The notes beneath the pieces are model-generated. The model searched no databases and was not told the DNA's origin. It saw nothing but the letters and a program-made list of their open reading frames with translations. A program made the position numbers and the translations under genes. A stretch of 64,000 nucleotides of DNA from positions 992,001 through 1,056,000 of the forward strand of contig CM007992.1 in assembly GCA_002189035.1 (NCBI GenBank), in the 5' to 3' direction. This DNA is from Utricularia gibba. Its lineage: Eukaryota; Plantae; Magnoliophyta. Below are positions 1 through 11,856 of this stretch, one piece after another. The stretch's first letter is position 1. Each line of letters begins with the position of its first letter.

Positions 1-1153
1 AAATTTTTATGTACTTTGACTATTTTATTGTTATTTCTAAATGTGTGATTATTGATTCCAATAAAAATTGCCCACATTTTGAAATCAGTATTATTTTTAA
101 TTATTTATATTTGGGATGATAAAAAAAAATTCCAATGTGCTAAAGCTTTAGGATCTTTTTGGTACAATTTCAATTTCAATAAAAGTATTTTTAAAGTGAT
201 TCTTAGATAAAATATGATCACTTTTGTTCTGCGTAAAATGAAACAATGAAATGTTTCAATTTTTTGAGAAACTAAGAGATACTTGCTCCAATAAAAACAG
301 AATTAATTCTTAAATATAATGAATCATATTTTTTAGAGTTATTTTTTGAAGTTTCACCAAACATACATTTATCTTATCTGGTGATAAGAAGCCTAATGTC
401 ACGCATGTAGAAAAAGATGTGGGGGGTTTGGGGGCCGGGGTTGGCGGACGTCACTCTTTATTGCAACCCAGATGATGTTCTTGTTCAATTCTCACGCGTT
501 TGCCGCTGTCCACTCGCAGACTGTTGTTTTGTCTGTCTTGTGTTTGTCTGCATGATCTCACTTGTTCTGATGTTTTGTTGGTAAAAGAAAAACGAACAAA
601 CTGTATGTAATAGGGGGGCTTTTTTTTAATGGAGATAGATTCGAGATTCGAGATAAGCTTCAACCGGCTTTAAGGCAACAATTGTCTTCTTTGGAGGGGG
701 TGATAATTGATCTGGGGAATTAGAAAGTTGTAAGAAAGAAAGGATGGGAAAACACCAGATGTCGCCATTCCCAAGATGAGAAAAGAAGATAAACCCTGAG
801 TTGTTCACACCACTTCGCACAAACAAATAAAAAGAAGTTAATGCTCTGAGAGTGAACCTGCCTTTAATTCTTCCTTTCTTTCCCTGACTTGAGACGACTC
901 CAAATCCCGATCTCTACAGCTTGTGTATTTAGTATTTTTCTGAAAAAAGCGCCATAAAACTCGGGAGACCCTCGCGTGGGATGCATTCAAAAACAGAAAA
1001 AAGATTGCTTCTTCCTGTGAACAAACAGTGGATTTTGTTTCAGAGAGGTTTTCTGGGAAAAACCGAAGGGCAAAAGGAGGAGACAAACTGAACACAAAAC
1101 CCACAAAGGAAAAAGAGGGTTTCTTTTTTCACAGCTGAGAAGCTAAGAAGAAG

Positions 1154-2751
1154 ATGGAAGGTGGTGGCTCCAGCAGTGGTGGCTCTTGTTTGATGGGTTT
1201 TGGAGGAGAAAACAGTAGTCTGTTTTGGCCTCTCACCGGTTACCTTCCGCCGGCTATGATGACTAACAATAGTAGCGACCACGGGGGTGGCGCCTACGTC
1301 TTCACCGGCGGAGACCACCGTTATTTCATGGAAACTCCGGGCGGTGAACAGCTATCTTCCATCAAAGCCAAAATCATGGCTCACCCTCTCTACACCCGTC
1401 TCTTAGCTGCCTATGTTAACTGTCAGAAGGTGATCTTTTTTCTCCCCTCTTAAACATATCTGCAGAGTTTGTCTAGGAACAAGAAAAAAAAAAAAAAAGA
1501 AAGTTTGCATCACATCTTCGAACCTGTCTCAGATTGGAGCTCCGGCAGAGGCGGTGGCGCGTCTGGAGCAAGCGTGTGCATCCGCGGCGGCGATGGTTCC
1601 ACAGGGAAGCAGCAACTGGGTTGCTCAGGATCCTGCCCTTGATCAATTCATGGAAGCTTACTGTGAGATGCTAACCAAATACGAGCAAGAGCTCTCCAAA
1701 CCCTTCAAAGAAGCAATGGTTTTCCTCTCCAAAATCGAGGGACAACTGAAAGCTCTCACCTTGATACCCTCCTATTCAGGTACTAGTGAAGAAAAAATGT
1801 CCATGTTTTATATTGATTCAGATCTCGATTTGGTGTAATTGAGCTCCCATGTGCATGTTTCCAAGAAAGTTATCTGTTTTTACTTTAAAGAAAAAGCTTT
1901 GGGGGTTTTCTAAGTGTTCTGTTGCTCTACCTGCATCCTTTCCCCTTCCCCATCTCTGCAGTGTGCTTCTTCTTTACATTCCTTCAAGTGTGCCGCTATT
2001 TTTGAGACAAGTCTTGTGTCCACTGTACTCATTAATGTATGCATATTTGCCTCCATTTCCTTGTTCCTTGCTTTTGACTGCTAGCAGCAGGAAGTGATTT
2101 CTCTGGATGGTGTGTCTCCTGAGGTGCATTTTAGAATCATTCTCACCTTACTTTGCGCTGATGCTGATTTGGCTGACAGTTTGTGGTGAGGCACTGGAAC
2201 GAAACGGATCATCTGAGGAGGAGTTTGAGCTCGATGTGGGCAACAATGGCGGCTTCATCGACCCTCAAGCTGAAGACCAGGAGCTCAAGGGGCAGCTGCT
2301 TCGGAAGTACGGCGGGTACTTAGGCAGCCTGAAGCAGGAATTCATGAAGAAGCGGAAGAAAGGGAAGCTCCCCAAAGATGCCCGGCAGAAGCTCCTCGAC
2401 TGGTGGAGCCGTCACTACAAGTGGCCCTACCCATCGGTAAGGTTCTCCGGCAGCCCTCAATGGTGGTTGGCTATGGAGAGGAAGGTGACGAGTTTCGGTT
2501 GGTTTGTTGCAGGAAGCCCAGAAGGTGGCGCTGGCGGAGGCGACGGGACTGGACCAGAAGCAGATCAACAACTGGTTCATTAACCAGAGGAAACGGCACT
2601 GGAAGCCGTCGGAGGACATGCAGTTCGTGGTGATGGATGCGGCGGCGCACCATCATCCCATTTCTACATGGACAATGTGGGTGCCATGGGGAATCCCTAC
2701 GCCATGGATATCTCAGCCTCCATGAACCATCACCACCACCATCTGCCGTGA
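1154..2751 (+). CDS. STM: Class I KNOX homeobox protein, SHOOT MERISTEMLESS-like (4 exons, about 339 aa after restoring one C)
   Basis: Exons 1154-1429, 1533-1779, 2180-2436 and 2513-2751, all GT-AG with consistent phases. KNOX1 ([21 protein letters not shown]), KNOX2 ([15 protein letters not shown]), ELK ([21 protein letters not shown]) and TALE homeodomain ([25 protein letters not shown]) are present. The STM-like tail HFYMDN..GNPYAMD is one base out of frame at the CCC run 2657-2659. Confidence 0.93.
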
Positions 2752-3179
2752 CAACACCCTCGCCGCCTGCCTGCTATGCCTGCTACCATGTTCATGTCAT
2801 ATGCTGCTATTCAAGCCTAAGTTGCGATTGCCCCTAAAAAACTTCTGCATTCTGAAATTTCAAAGGGAAAACACCCATCAAGTTGCATGTGGCATGTCCA
2901 ATCTCACTTCAGTGGGTCATGTTTTGGGTGGATGGTTTTTGACCATAATCAAACACATTTAGAAAAACTATGAATGTATCACAATTTAATCATGATCTGT
3001 TAAACAAATATAGATATCGGAAATAACAATAAAAATTAAATATAATTATACATACGAATTCATTTAATGCAGGGAACAAGGAAACCGTACCCTTCTTTTA
3101 GCCGCATGACACGGACATCGCTGGAAGGGCTGTGTTCAGAGGGCTACTGTAGCAAGTTTGGGAACACTTCTTTCTTATC

Positions 3180-3715
3180 CTTTAGAAATGACCCTGGTGG
3201 TGGTAAGGAGCATCAGCAACCACAGATGGTTCACCAAAAGCTGAACCGTAGCCTGCTTTGACGAGAGCTCTTGAACCAGACTGGAGATCCGGTATACAGA
3301 AAGTCCGCAACATACTACTGTTGAGAATAGCCATGAGACAAGGAGACCAACTGCAGATCTCGGTCCTTATATCCTCGGGTAGACCAACTGCAGTCGCAGA
3401 TCTTGGTTTTCTGATTGCGTATCCGATGCACGATTTCAATCAATTGAAGGCAAGTAGATGAAGATCAAAAGCCTAGATCTTTTGATGATAGAAACTAACT
3501 ATTTCACAACTCACTTCGGTAGCTATTGACGAGCTCTTTTCTACGTCGTCTAGGTTGGCCATTTCCTCCGCTCCTCCAATATACTAACAGTTCTCTACGG
3601 AAAAAAAAAGGAAAACTGAAAATCTCAATTACAGAAACGAATTCACGACCGGAATCCCTACCTCCTCCGCAATCGGAAGGCGTTGCATCCACGTGATCTG
3701 CGTTTCCCGATCCAT
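3180..3715 (-). other. Unassigned, possibly spliced short transcription unit or gene remnant
   Basis: GC-richer island with a donor-like GAG|GTAGGG (3662/3661), a polypyrimidine tract plus acceptor (about 3595-3625) and a strong donor GAA|GTGAGT (3515/3514). The short frames (MDRETQITWMQRLPIAEE, MANLDDVEKSSSIATE) match nothing I recognise. Confidence 0.2.
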
Positions 3716-4389
3716 GAGACGGCGTTGCAGCAAGTTCCCCTATTTGCACTTCGCCTTCACCTACAACCCACGGAACTGAAGAGTGCGAAGCACTCAACAC
3801 CGCCTAAACGACGGGGCCCAAACGATAGGAAGAAATTCCGGCTCAGCAACAATTAATAATAAAATCAATAAATTGGTTTATTTATGACCTCATATACTAA
3901 TAAATACATCACATATTAAATATATTTGTGAAATTTATTTACAAATAAATAATTTAAATATACTATTAACTAAATAAGAGAATTTTTAAAAATGATACGA
4001 ATTAAATGATTTTTTTAAATTGAATTGGAGGTGCACGTGACAAACTCATTGAATTGACAGGCAATTCGCGTGAACGATGACCCCCGCCGGATTCGTAATA
4101 AATAACTGCTATCGGGACAGTCCCAACTCCCGACACGAGGACGGAGGGAGGAGGACTCATTTAAGCACATTTTTTTTAATCGAGAAACGATCGTCTTCTC
4201 AGCGGAAACGGCGGTTCATTTTATTACAGTAGAGAAGCTCCAAAACACCATAAAAACCTTAGAAGAACTTCCCTTCGGCAGTTAAACACCCTAGAACAGA
4301 ACCCTGCGTAAAAACATCAGCAACAGAGACGGAGACACACACCGGGGAACACGGAGGTTACGTCGGGGGTCGGAGTTAAAACGAACTTT

Positions 4390-5164
4390 TTAGGCGCCGA
4401 TGACGCAGCCTATCAACAACCCGACCATCATCAGCCCTTTTGCGCCTTTGACCAAGGGGGCGCCGGACGGCCGCGACGGCGGCGGGAGGTGCGGTTCTTC
4501 TGGCGGAGGAAAACTTGGCTTCACCGGAGGATCGTACGGTTCACTGGGCGGTTCGTATCTCTCGGGGGGTATGCTTCCGGAGCAGGCCAGTAAGGCTCCG
4601 GTGGGGCATGATCCGGCTTCACCGGGTCAAATGGACCGAACGGATCGGGTGGGGCCAGATCCGGCCTCACGGGGTCGAATCCAGGGCTCGGGTTCTGGGG
4701 CTCCGGCCAAAACGGGTCGAGGTCCGACTCAACGGGAACCGGCAACTTCAACCCGTTCCTACAGTTCTCCAGATTTCCGCTCACGAAGTAACGCACGCCT
4801 TCCTCCTCCAACGCCACGTGATCGGTGTACATCCTTATGGGGTTCCTCAAATCACACGCCTCGAACTCCTCCGGCCCGCGCACCTCCAAAATCGCCTCCA
4901 CCGCGCCGGAGTTCTTAAACCCTAAACCCAAAATCCACAAAATCACTCAAACAAAACACAGTATGACAAACAGAGAAAACAAAATAAAAAAATCCACTTA
5001 CAGAGCTTATCCCCGACTTTAAAAACCCGGCCAGCCAACCAAGAAGAAACGTTCATCTCAGGAACCCACCCATCACCCCCACCCACAAAGTGATGGGTCT
5101 GCGCAGAAACTCCAGCGACGGCGACCACCGCGAGAATCAAAAAAGCCCAGAAACCCGCCGCCAT
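4390..5164 (-). CDS. Phytocyanin/early-nodulin-like (ENODL-type, no Cu ligands) protein with Pro-rich tail and predicted GPI signal (about 231 aa after restoring one base)
   Basis: Exons 5164-5002 and 4921-4390. Signal peptide, then QTHHFVGGGDGW..FKVGDKLWF and the disulfide Cys pair (EACD, ENCRNGLKL). The His/Cys/His/Met ligand positions are not retained. The hydrophobic C-terminus (LMMVGLLIGCVIGA*) is reached only by adding one base in the G6 run at 4564-4569. Confidence 0.85.
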
Positions 5165-6241
5165 AACAACCTTCGCTTGTCTCCAACACCGCCCCTGAAA
5201 AGGCTACGAACTGGGACCGAGTAAAGATGTGGGAAAAGTGGCGGGCATTAAATAAGCGGAGGGAGATGGCGTGAAGAGTAGTTGGGGGCGGAGTGGAGGT
5301 TGCAGAAACCCGAAACATTTGGAGGGTAGTCGATAACATGTGTAGGTGTACGTGGCCGTGTTCCGAGAGAAGGTTTCTGGTTAAAGGAGGACACGTGCGT
5401 CGCATTTTCACCTACCGAAAATATTTCGAATTTCACCCCAATCACCGTCTTCTGGAGAGGTACCGCGAAGTCTTTCAAGCTCCACCTTTCAAAATCAAGC
5501 CCGCCTTTTCAAAAAGCCATGTCTCAGGATTAATAATTAATTTTTGGTTTAGGTGTTAATTAAATTTTATTATAAGTCCTCACCAAAGTAAGTTTGATAT
5601 TACCAACTTAAACTAATCTCATATCATAGGAAAATAAAGGAATAAATATAGTAGAATGATTTAAGTGAATCTTACAAGAGATTTTTTTTCGACATAGTAT
5701 CTTTGATAGTAATTCTAAAGTTAAGCATATTTGATTCAATGTAATTTCATGATAAGTGATCATATAGTAATCTAATGATCAAATTTGATTAAATGTAAAA
5801 TCGCGAGAATTCAAAATTTGAAACGGATAATATTATATAAGAAAAATGTGAGTTGTAGTAGTTATTAAATTTTACATGATATGTATGATGAGAAAATTGT
5901 ATTACAAAATCAATAGTTTTAATATTCTGTTAAAATTAATCATCAAAATTTTATATATATGCATTATTAGTCTCCAAGTTTGATATATTGATATAATTAA
6001 TTTTTAATATTTTATATTTTAGGCAATTTTGTATTATTCATTGTTTGAATACTGAACACAATTTATCATCAATTATTCAAAAAGTTAGTACAATTAATTG
6101 TGGATTAATTTTATAAAATTTTTGAATAATTAAGAAACTAATAATGTCAATTATTTTAAATAATAAAGATTATTTATTTTAAATTAATGAAATTTTAAAA
6201 TATTCTGCTCTGGAATATTCTGTGATCAAACACAAGATATT

Positions 6242-7333
6242 TCAAGCCCAGATGGCCATGAGGGACATTGCTCCTGCACCCAAGAACACTCCCAGATAGC
6301 ACTTGAGTTGAAGCCTGATGCTTCCTTGCAGCTTCCTCCCCATGAAATCCGACGCCAAGAGATCCACCAGCGCCATGTAAATCAGCAGCCCTGCGGAGGA
6401 GGCGTTGAGCAGCTTCCTCCCCATGAAATCGACAACGGCAAAGAAGAACGCCATTGTCGCCCTCCTCACCAGGTTGTACTGGGCCTGTAGTCAATTCGGC
6501 GGTGAGCTAATTGAATGGCTGTTAGGGAGGGAATGATCGGTGGTTACTTGCAGGATGCATCCGCCGAGACCCATCCCTTCGAACATTTGGTGTGGAGGCA
6601 TAGAGCGGCGATCAGGCCTTTGATTGAGCAGGTGTTTGAAGATGCGCCTAGGGATAAGCCGATTACTACCGAGTGAACAACGATCCCGAGCTCCAACACC
6701 TGCAAATCTCCAGTCGGTAGTGAGTTTAATGTGGGGATTTGATTTCATGAATCTTCTGGTAAAAATGGTTGTTTGTGTAGCTACTACCATAGCAATGATT
6801 CTGTGACGGAGAACGTCCGACCCATCGGCCTCCACCATCATGGCATGTTGGTGAGGATGATGTCGATGCGCCTCGGGCGCCATTGCTGTATGATTCTGAT
6901 TGTATAAGCTTGTCGCCAGAGAATCAACCATCAGCGTGATGATGGCGGAAAATCATCGCCAAGAATCGGTAAAGGGAAACAGATGCCACGGCTTCTTCGG
7001 CAAATGTGGAGAAGACAGCATTCCGAAAGAATCAGGCAAAACATGCATGAACCCAGTAGCCAAAATGATCCCGGAGGAGAATGCTTTCGCTATGGTGAAT
7101 AACGAGCGGTCGGGGTCCAACGCAGGAACGGCGCGAGTGACTAACGGTAAGCTCACGCCGATGATGCTCGACAGAAGGATTACTGCGACGGCGATCAGTT
7201 TCAAGGGTAGAGCTTGTTTTTCGCTGGTGCAATGGGTCAGATCCGCGGCGCCTTCTTCGTCGACGACGGAGAAAACTCCGACGAATAAGTGGGAGAGGAT
7301 GAGGAAGAGGGTTAGTGCACGACAAGGAGACAT
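6242..7333 (-). pseudogene. IRT1-like: IRT1-like ZIP Fe/Zn transporter, disrupted (3 exons)
   Basis: Exons 7333-6788, 6699-6548 and 6484-6242. Motifs [53 protein letters not shown] and [12 protein letters not shown] are present, plus a His-rich loop. Lesions: -1/+1 indel pair at about 6967 and 6949-6952 giving an in-frame TGA at 6953-6955; a 2-nt frameshift at about 6590; and loss of the TTPFGIALG..ITVG segment. Confidence 0.8.
6328..6430. repeat. 22-bp direct repeat within IRT-like exon 3
   Basis: GCAGCTTCCTCCCCATGAAATC occurs at 6328-6349 and 6409-6430 (81-bp spacing). Both copies encode DFMGRKL on the minus strand. Confidence 0.95.
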
Positions 7334-7617
7334 GTTCGGGATCGGCAAAATGCAGTCTTCTGGGAGCGATACTTATTCAGATCAAAGTGGCGAGCGTACG
7401 GATGAAGCATGGAAGTGCACGCGCCCCTTGAGTCAAGCGTACGCATTTGATGACGTGGCTTAGTGATTGCCATCCACGTGGATATGAGGGCCCATCCGGA
7501 TATTAGAATATATTAAATACCCGCCTTACGTTCTACATTAAAAAATATAATAGTAATTAGATAAATAATAATGATTTTCTGATTGAGCTAAACCCTATCG
7601 AAGATCATTCGTCGGAA
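7334..7617. promoter_or_regulatory. Short divergent (bidirectional) promoter region between IRT1-like and BAG5, with ACGT boxes
   Basis: Only 284 nt separate the two ATGs. TGACGTGG at 7451-7458, a perfect 12-bp palindrome ATCCACGTGGAT containing a G-box at 7472-7483, and a GGCCCA site II-like motif just downstream. Function is inferred. Confidence 0.45.
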
Positions 7618-8480
7618 ATGAAACCGTCGCTGTGGCCCGGAATTCAATTCTCCGCCGCGTCCGCTGCGAGAGTTATCTGTTCCTTGCGAACTGAACTCTC
7701 GTCGCCTGAGGCTCGCTCTGATAGCCTTCGAGTTGGGCTTCAGGAAAAAATCCTTACGAATCCTTACGGCCGCGAATACTCCGCGGCTGTGAAGATTCAG
7801 TCTGCCTATCGGTCGCACTTGACGCGAGAGCTTGTTAGGAAGATCGCCGCCGTTAATTCTGAAGCCAATTACTGGCAGGGACTCCTCCAAACTCAGGCAA
7901 GAAACCATTATTGTATTCTGCGTCTGTTCACCTTGTATGATTTCATTGCTCCAGCTTTCGTTCAATCAAAGTGTGATGCATTGTGCAATTAATATTTATT
8001 TTGGATGTTTTTGATCCCTATCCCGCACTTTCATAGACTCCCAAGAAAGTATTCTGTTGCTATTTATTGATGCACATGTAGCCTTTAGTCCTTTTTGTGC
8101 AACTCCTCAGGATTCTTAGTTTGAAACCTTAAAGATTTCTGTTCGAATCCTGGATGATACTCTAGGTGCCTGCATGCGTAGGCGTATTAAAGAAATTACA
8201 TGGTTTCATGGATCAGGAAACAGTGGATGCCGTGCGTGGTAGTGATAAGGAGCGATTGAGGATCAATGAGGGACTAATGAGGTTATTGCTGAGGCTCGAC
8301 TCTGTACCTGGGCTGGATCCCAATGTAAGAGAGCTCAGGAGGCATGTCATTAGGAGGATTGTGGGATTGCAGGAGATATTAGATGCAGTTTCAGATAGTA
8401 GGGTTCATGGGTATCTAAGATACTGGGAGGAAATGTGTGCAGAGATTGAGAGCCAGGATTGCAAGAGGTGGGGGACATGA
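7618..8480 (+). CDS. BAG5: BAG family chaperone regulator 5-like (IQ motif + BAG domain), C-terminus altered
   Basis: Exon 1 7618-7896 with IQ motif AAVKIQSAYRSH, GC-AG intron (CAG|GCAAG, 7897-8216), exon 2 from 8217 (ETVDAVR..ERLRINEGLMRLLLRLDSVPGLDP..RRIVGLQEILD). Stop at 8480 as assembled. Adding 2 G in the run 8470-8474 gives EMERFCAEFPQR* ending at 8517. Confidence 0.88.
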
Positions 8481-8712
8481 AATGGAACGGTTTTGTGCTG
8501 AGTTTCCTCAGCGATGAATATATACATGTTACACATATACTACGCTTTGAGGTTTTGAAGCCAGGAGAAGGAAAAACAAATGAAAAAAAGAGGGTCCGGT
8601 AGTTACACTTGGATCAATGGGATAGAACATAGTTTTTATTCATGAAAACTGAAGAACACCACTGTTATTCCAAGGCAAGGAAAGGGGAAGTGAACAACAT
8701 CATTCACAGCTC

Positions 8713-10025
8713 TTAATATGTGGAGGTGAAGTTGTGGTTGGAGCATGTAGTTCCATGGCCAAGCAACGAGTGGCTGAAGCCTAGTCTTGATCGAGCAATG
8801 TCAAACTCCAACAGGGTATCCTCAATCAGAAGCGCTCCGATGACGATTGAAGCCATATCGTTATCAGTTGCTTCGGTGAATCCCAGACAAGCCACATTTT
8901 CATTCACCTGTACCAGCGAATTCAACCCTGTTATTGTCCAAGTTGGCCGATTTGCACCATTCAGTTCGAGGTTGATGTGCGGAACCAATCTGGATGCCTT
9001 TCTTATCTGGAAGCACACGTCGAATGGAGCGACAGCAGGAACCACCCGTCTGATGTTCCTGGACCGCGCCTCTTTGATGAAAGCAGAGGTCAGTGCTCTG
9101 TAAATCGAGGGATGTAACAGACTGAAACGATGCACTGTGCTGATTCTCGTCCCCCATTCCCGTCTCCTTGGAACGCAAGTAGAGTTGTGTTGATTGGGAT
9201 CTGATGGTCCCCGACGGTAATGGACCTTAAACCGATGAAGTATTGGGGAGATCTCCGCCCTAAGGTGTTTATTTCTCTACTCCTGGGGTTGACGTAGAGA
9301 GGAGTATAAGTCAGCAAGGTGGGCACTGTTAATCCAGGAATGACGTTGAAGGGGACGTTTCCGAACACTATGAGTCCTGGGTGCGCCGCAGACGACGGTA
9401 GACAGACTGCGAACCTCCTGGGAAAGTTGAATGCGGCCGCGAGCTGCAGGGGAAAACCGACTGGGGAACGGCCTAATCCGATTAGGCCGGTGGTACCAGC
9501 AGCAAGTTCAGATTGAATGCCCGTCGGACCACAAACGAAGGTGAAGTTGTGTACTACAGCCAGAGGTCCCGGATGGGATCCTTGGATGGATGCAAGGGAA
9601 ATGACGTCCTGCGCAACCTCACCGTCAGAGGTTAACACAGGGAACGGATTGGACGCAAAGGCGCTACAAGTGTTGTTATTGCATCCGGGTCCTTGAGGTG
9701 TATTGCAGGTTCGCCAACAACCGTAGTCCACCGGGCCGGCTATCCGGCAAGTGGGGGAGCCGCAGGAAGCTGCTCTGTAGGAGGAGGAGACGTAGTTGCT
9801 TGCACAGTTGACCCACGTGGTATCGGCCCCAAGATTAACTGCGAGGGTGAGTGATACAAATGGGGTTCTTTGTCGTATACGGGTGAGGTATTGGTTTGTG
9901 GATGCATCTTTGTTGACCAGGAGCGCCACCGCCCGCGGCCGGAAGGATCTCTGGGCGGCTGCCGAGCCAAGGAGCAGCAGCAAACCAGAAATGATGAAAC
10001 AGAGAAGCTTCTCTGGAGTCCCCAT
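8713..10025 (-). CDS. XEGIP/EDGP (basic 7S globulin-like, pepsin-fold xyloglucanase inhibitor family), copy 1; intronless, about 437 aa after restoring one base
   Basis: Signal peptide, SFRPRAVALLVNKDASTNQY, 12 Cys in the family pattern, non-catalytic NLG/ISTV in place of DTG/DSG, and C-terminal IVIG..EDTLLEFDIARSRLGF..TTCSNHNF. Single -1 shift at the C5 run 9151-9155. Confidence 0.88.
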
Positions 10026-10100
10026 CTCTCTCTCTCTCTACAAGACGATGAGCTGAGCTGAGCTGATCTGATCTGATCTGATCTATTCTGCTCCGATCCT

Positions 10101-10125
10101 ATCCAGTCTTGCTGCTTATAAAGGG
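10101..10125 (-). promoter_or_regulatory. Conserved TATA-containing block upstream of XEGIP copy 1 (paralogous block at about 14049-14072)
   Basis: CCAGTCTTGCTGCTTATAAAGGGA is shared by both paralogs and lies roughly 65-100 nt upstream of each ATG. It reads TTTATAAG on the coding strand. Confidence 0.5.
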
Positions 10126-11856
10126 ATCAAAGCAATGGGGTGTCCGACACAACAGTGAAATGTCCTGTCTTTTCAACTTCAGCCAATCGGATTTGACCAA
10201 CGGAATCATCCACCCCAAAGAAGATCCTCAGGCCCCTGGTGCTGCTCTCGAAACCGCGGGAGGGGAACCTGCATGGTTTTAGAATCCGCTGTACTTGAAC
10301 ATATTATGGGTTCGCTTGGGAACTTTCCCAGTGAACCCATAATATGGGGACGCAAGATTCAACTTGATATGGGGAGCCAAAAACTCCACTTTCTTGTGGA
10401 TAACCTTCCACGCAACTCGCGCGTTGAGATCAATTCGTCCGGTAAGTTTGAGCGAGGTGGCAGCTTCCGACCAGGTGGTAGTGGTACACACCAAGGGGTG
10501 AGAATTGGGGAATTAGAGGAGGGGGGAGAGTTTAGGGTTTAGAGTGAAGAGAATTATTTACATTTTAACGTAAGTTTAAATATTTGTTATTTTGGGGATA
10601 TGAGAAAATATAAATTAATAGAATAATGTATTTAATGTATGAATAAAATGATTTTAAAGATAATAAGAATATATTGAAATTGAAAATTTGTATGATATTC
10701 ACAATTAAATATAATGAATTCAATTATAACCATAATAGCATCTTTATCAATATTAAAAAATGATGATATGATATTTTCGGAAATTGAGTTATTGGATTTA
10801 TTTTATTAAGTTTTCTTTATGTTTGTATTAATTTTCAGAAATCATAATATTAAATAATATTAAAATAAATAATATAAATTCTATTTTAAATTGTTTTCAG
10901 AAGAAAACCACGTTTATTTATTTCCATTTCCGTAAGAAATGAGAATCAAATATAGTGATTTTCAAAAACATTTTTCCATTTTCAGAAATGTAACATCAGC
11001 ATTTTCGAAAATGAGTAAAGATATTCTAAGCATTTTATATAATTAGAAAATAGTTACTTATTATTAAAATAATTATAATTAAGAATCCTTGAATAGTGGT
11101 GTATATTTTATGATCACAAGATTATTAAAATGAAAAATCATGTCATCGATTTTATAAAGTTATATAAGTAAGCAATAGAAAAGTAAACAATGATCCGATT
11201 TTTAGTAAGGGAGAATAATTCGAAGAAGGTAGAGTTTTTTTTAGAACTATTACAACTTTATTCATACTGTTTTCTTTTTTATTATGAAATCTTTTATTAG
11301 TGTGTGAATAATATTTTTTATTTTTTACTTATTTTTATGAGCTATCTAATAATGTATTTTATTTAAACATTATGATCTACAATATTTTTTTATAAAATAT
11401 TATTCAATTTAAATATATAATTTTCATAATTTTACATTATATAATTATAAATAAAATATCTCATACTATATTAATATAATTAATCCGTTTAAATATATTT
11501 TTTCTATTATTCGTAACTCCTATGAAATAATATCACTAGTCTCCTAGTTCGTACATTCTACTTCTATTAGATATTTAATGTTTTTGCTGAATTCCCCTTT
11601 GTCACATCATTGCTATGTGTTTGGATTTGGTTTTGATACTAAATGTTAAGATATTTTTGTAGTATATTGTTTATAGATCATTTAATAATACAAAAATTCT
11701 AAAAAATACATTAAAAACCTTCTAATAGAACTCATTTTCACATGAATTTTGATATCTTTGTTCACTATATTTTCAAAATATGCACAATAAATAAAATATA
11801 CATTAATTAAATTATAAATCCTAAAAAAACAAAGGAAAAGATATGATGAATAGCAC

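Noticed and set aside
507-549. Four TGTC cores upstream of STM (possible ARF sites or conserved box)
   Set aside because: A 4-nt motif is not significant without a conservation alignment, and I cannot reliably recall the K-box/RB-box sequences to test them.
4400-4925. Long plus-strand ORFs opposite the phytocyanin, and similar antisense ORFs over other GC-rich exons
   Set aside because: Shadow frames of real coding sequence with no independent family motifs.
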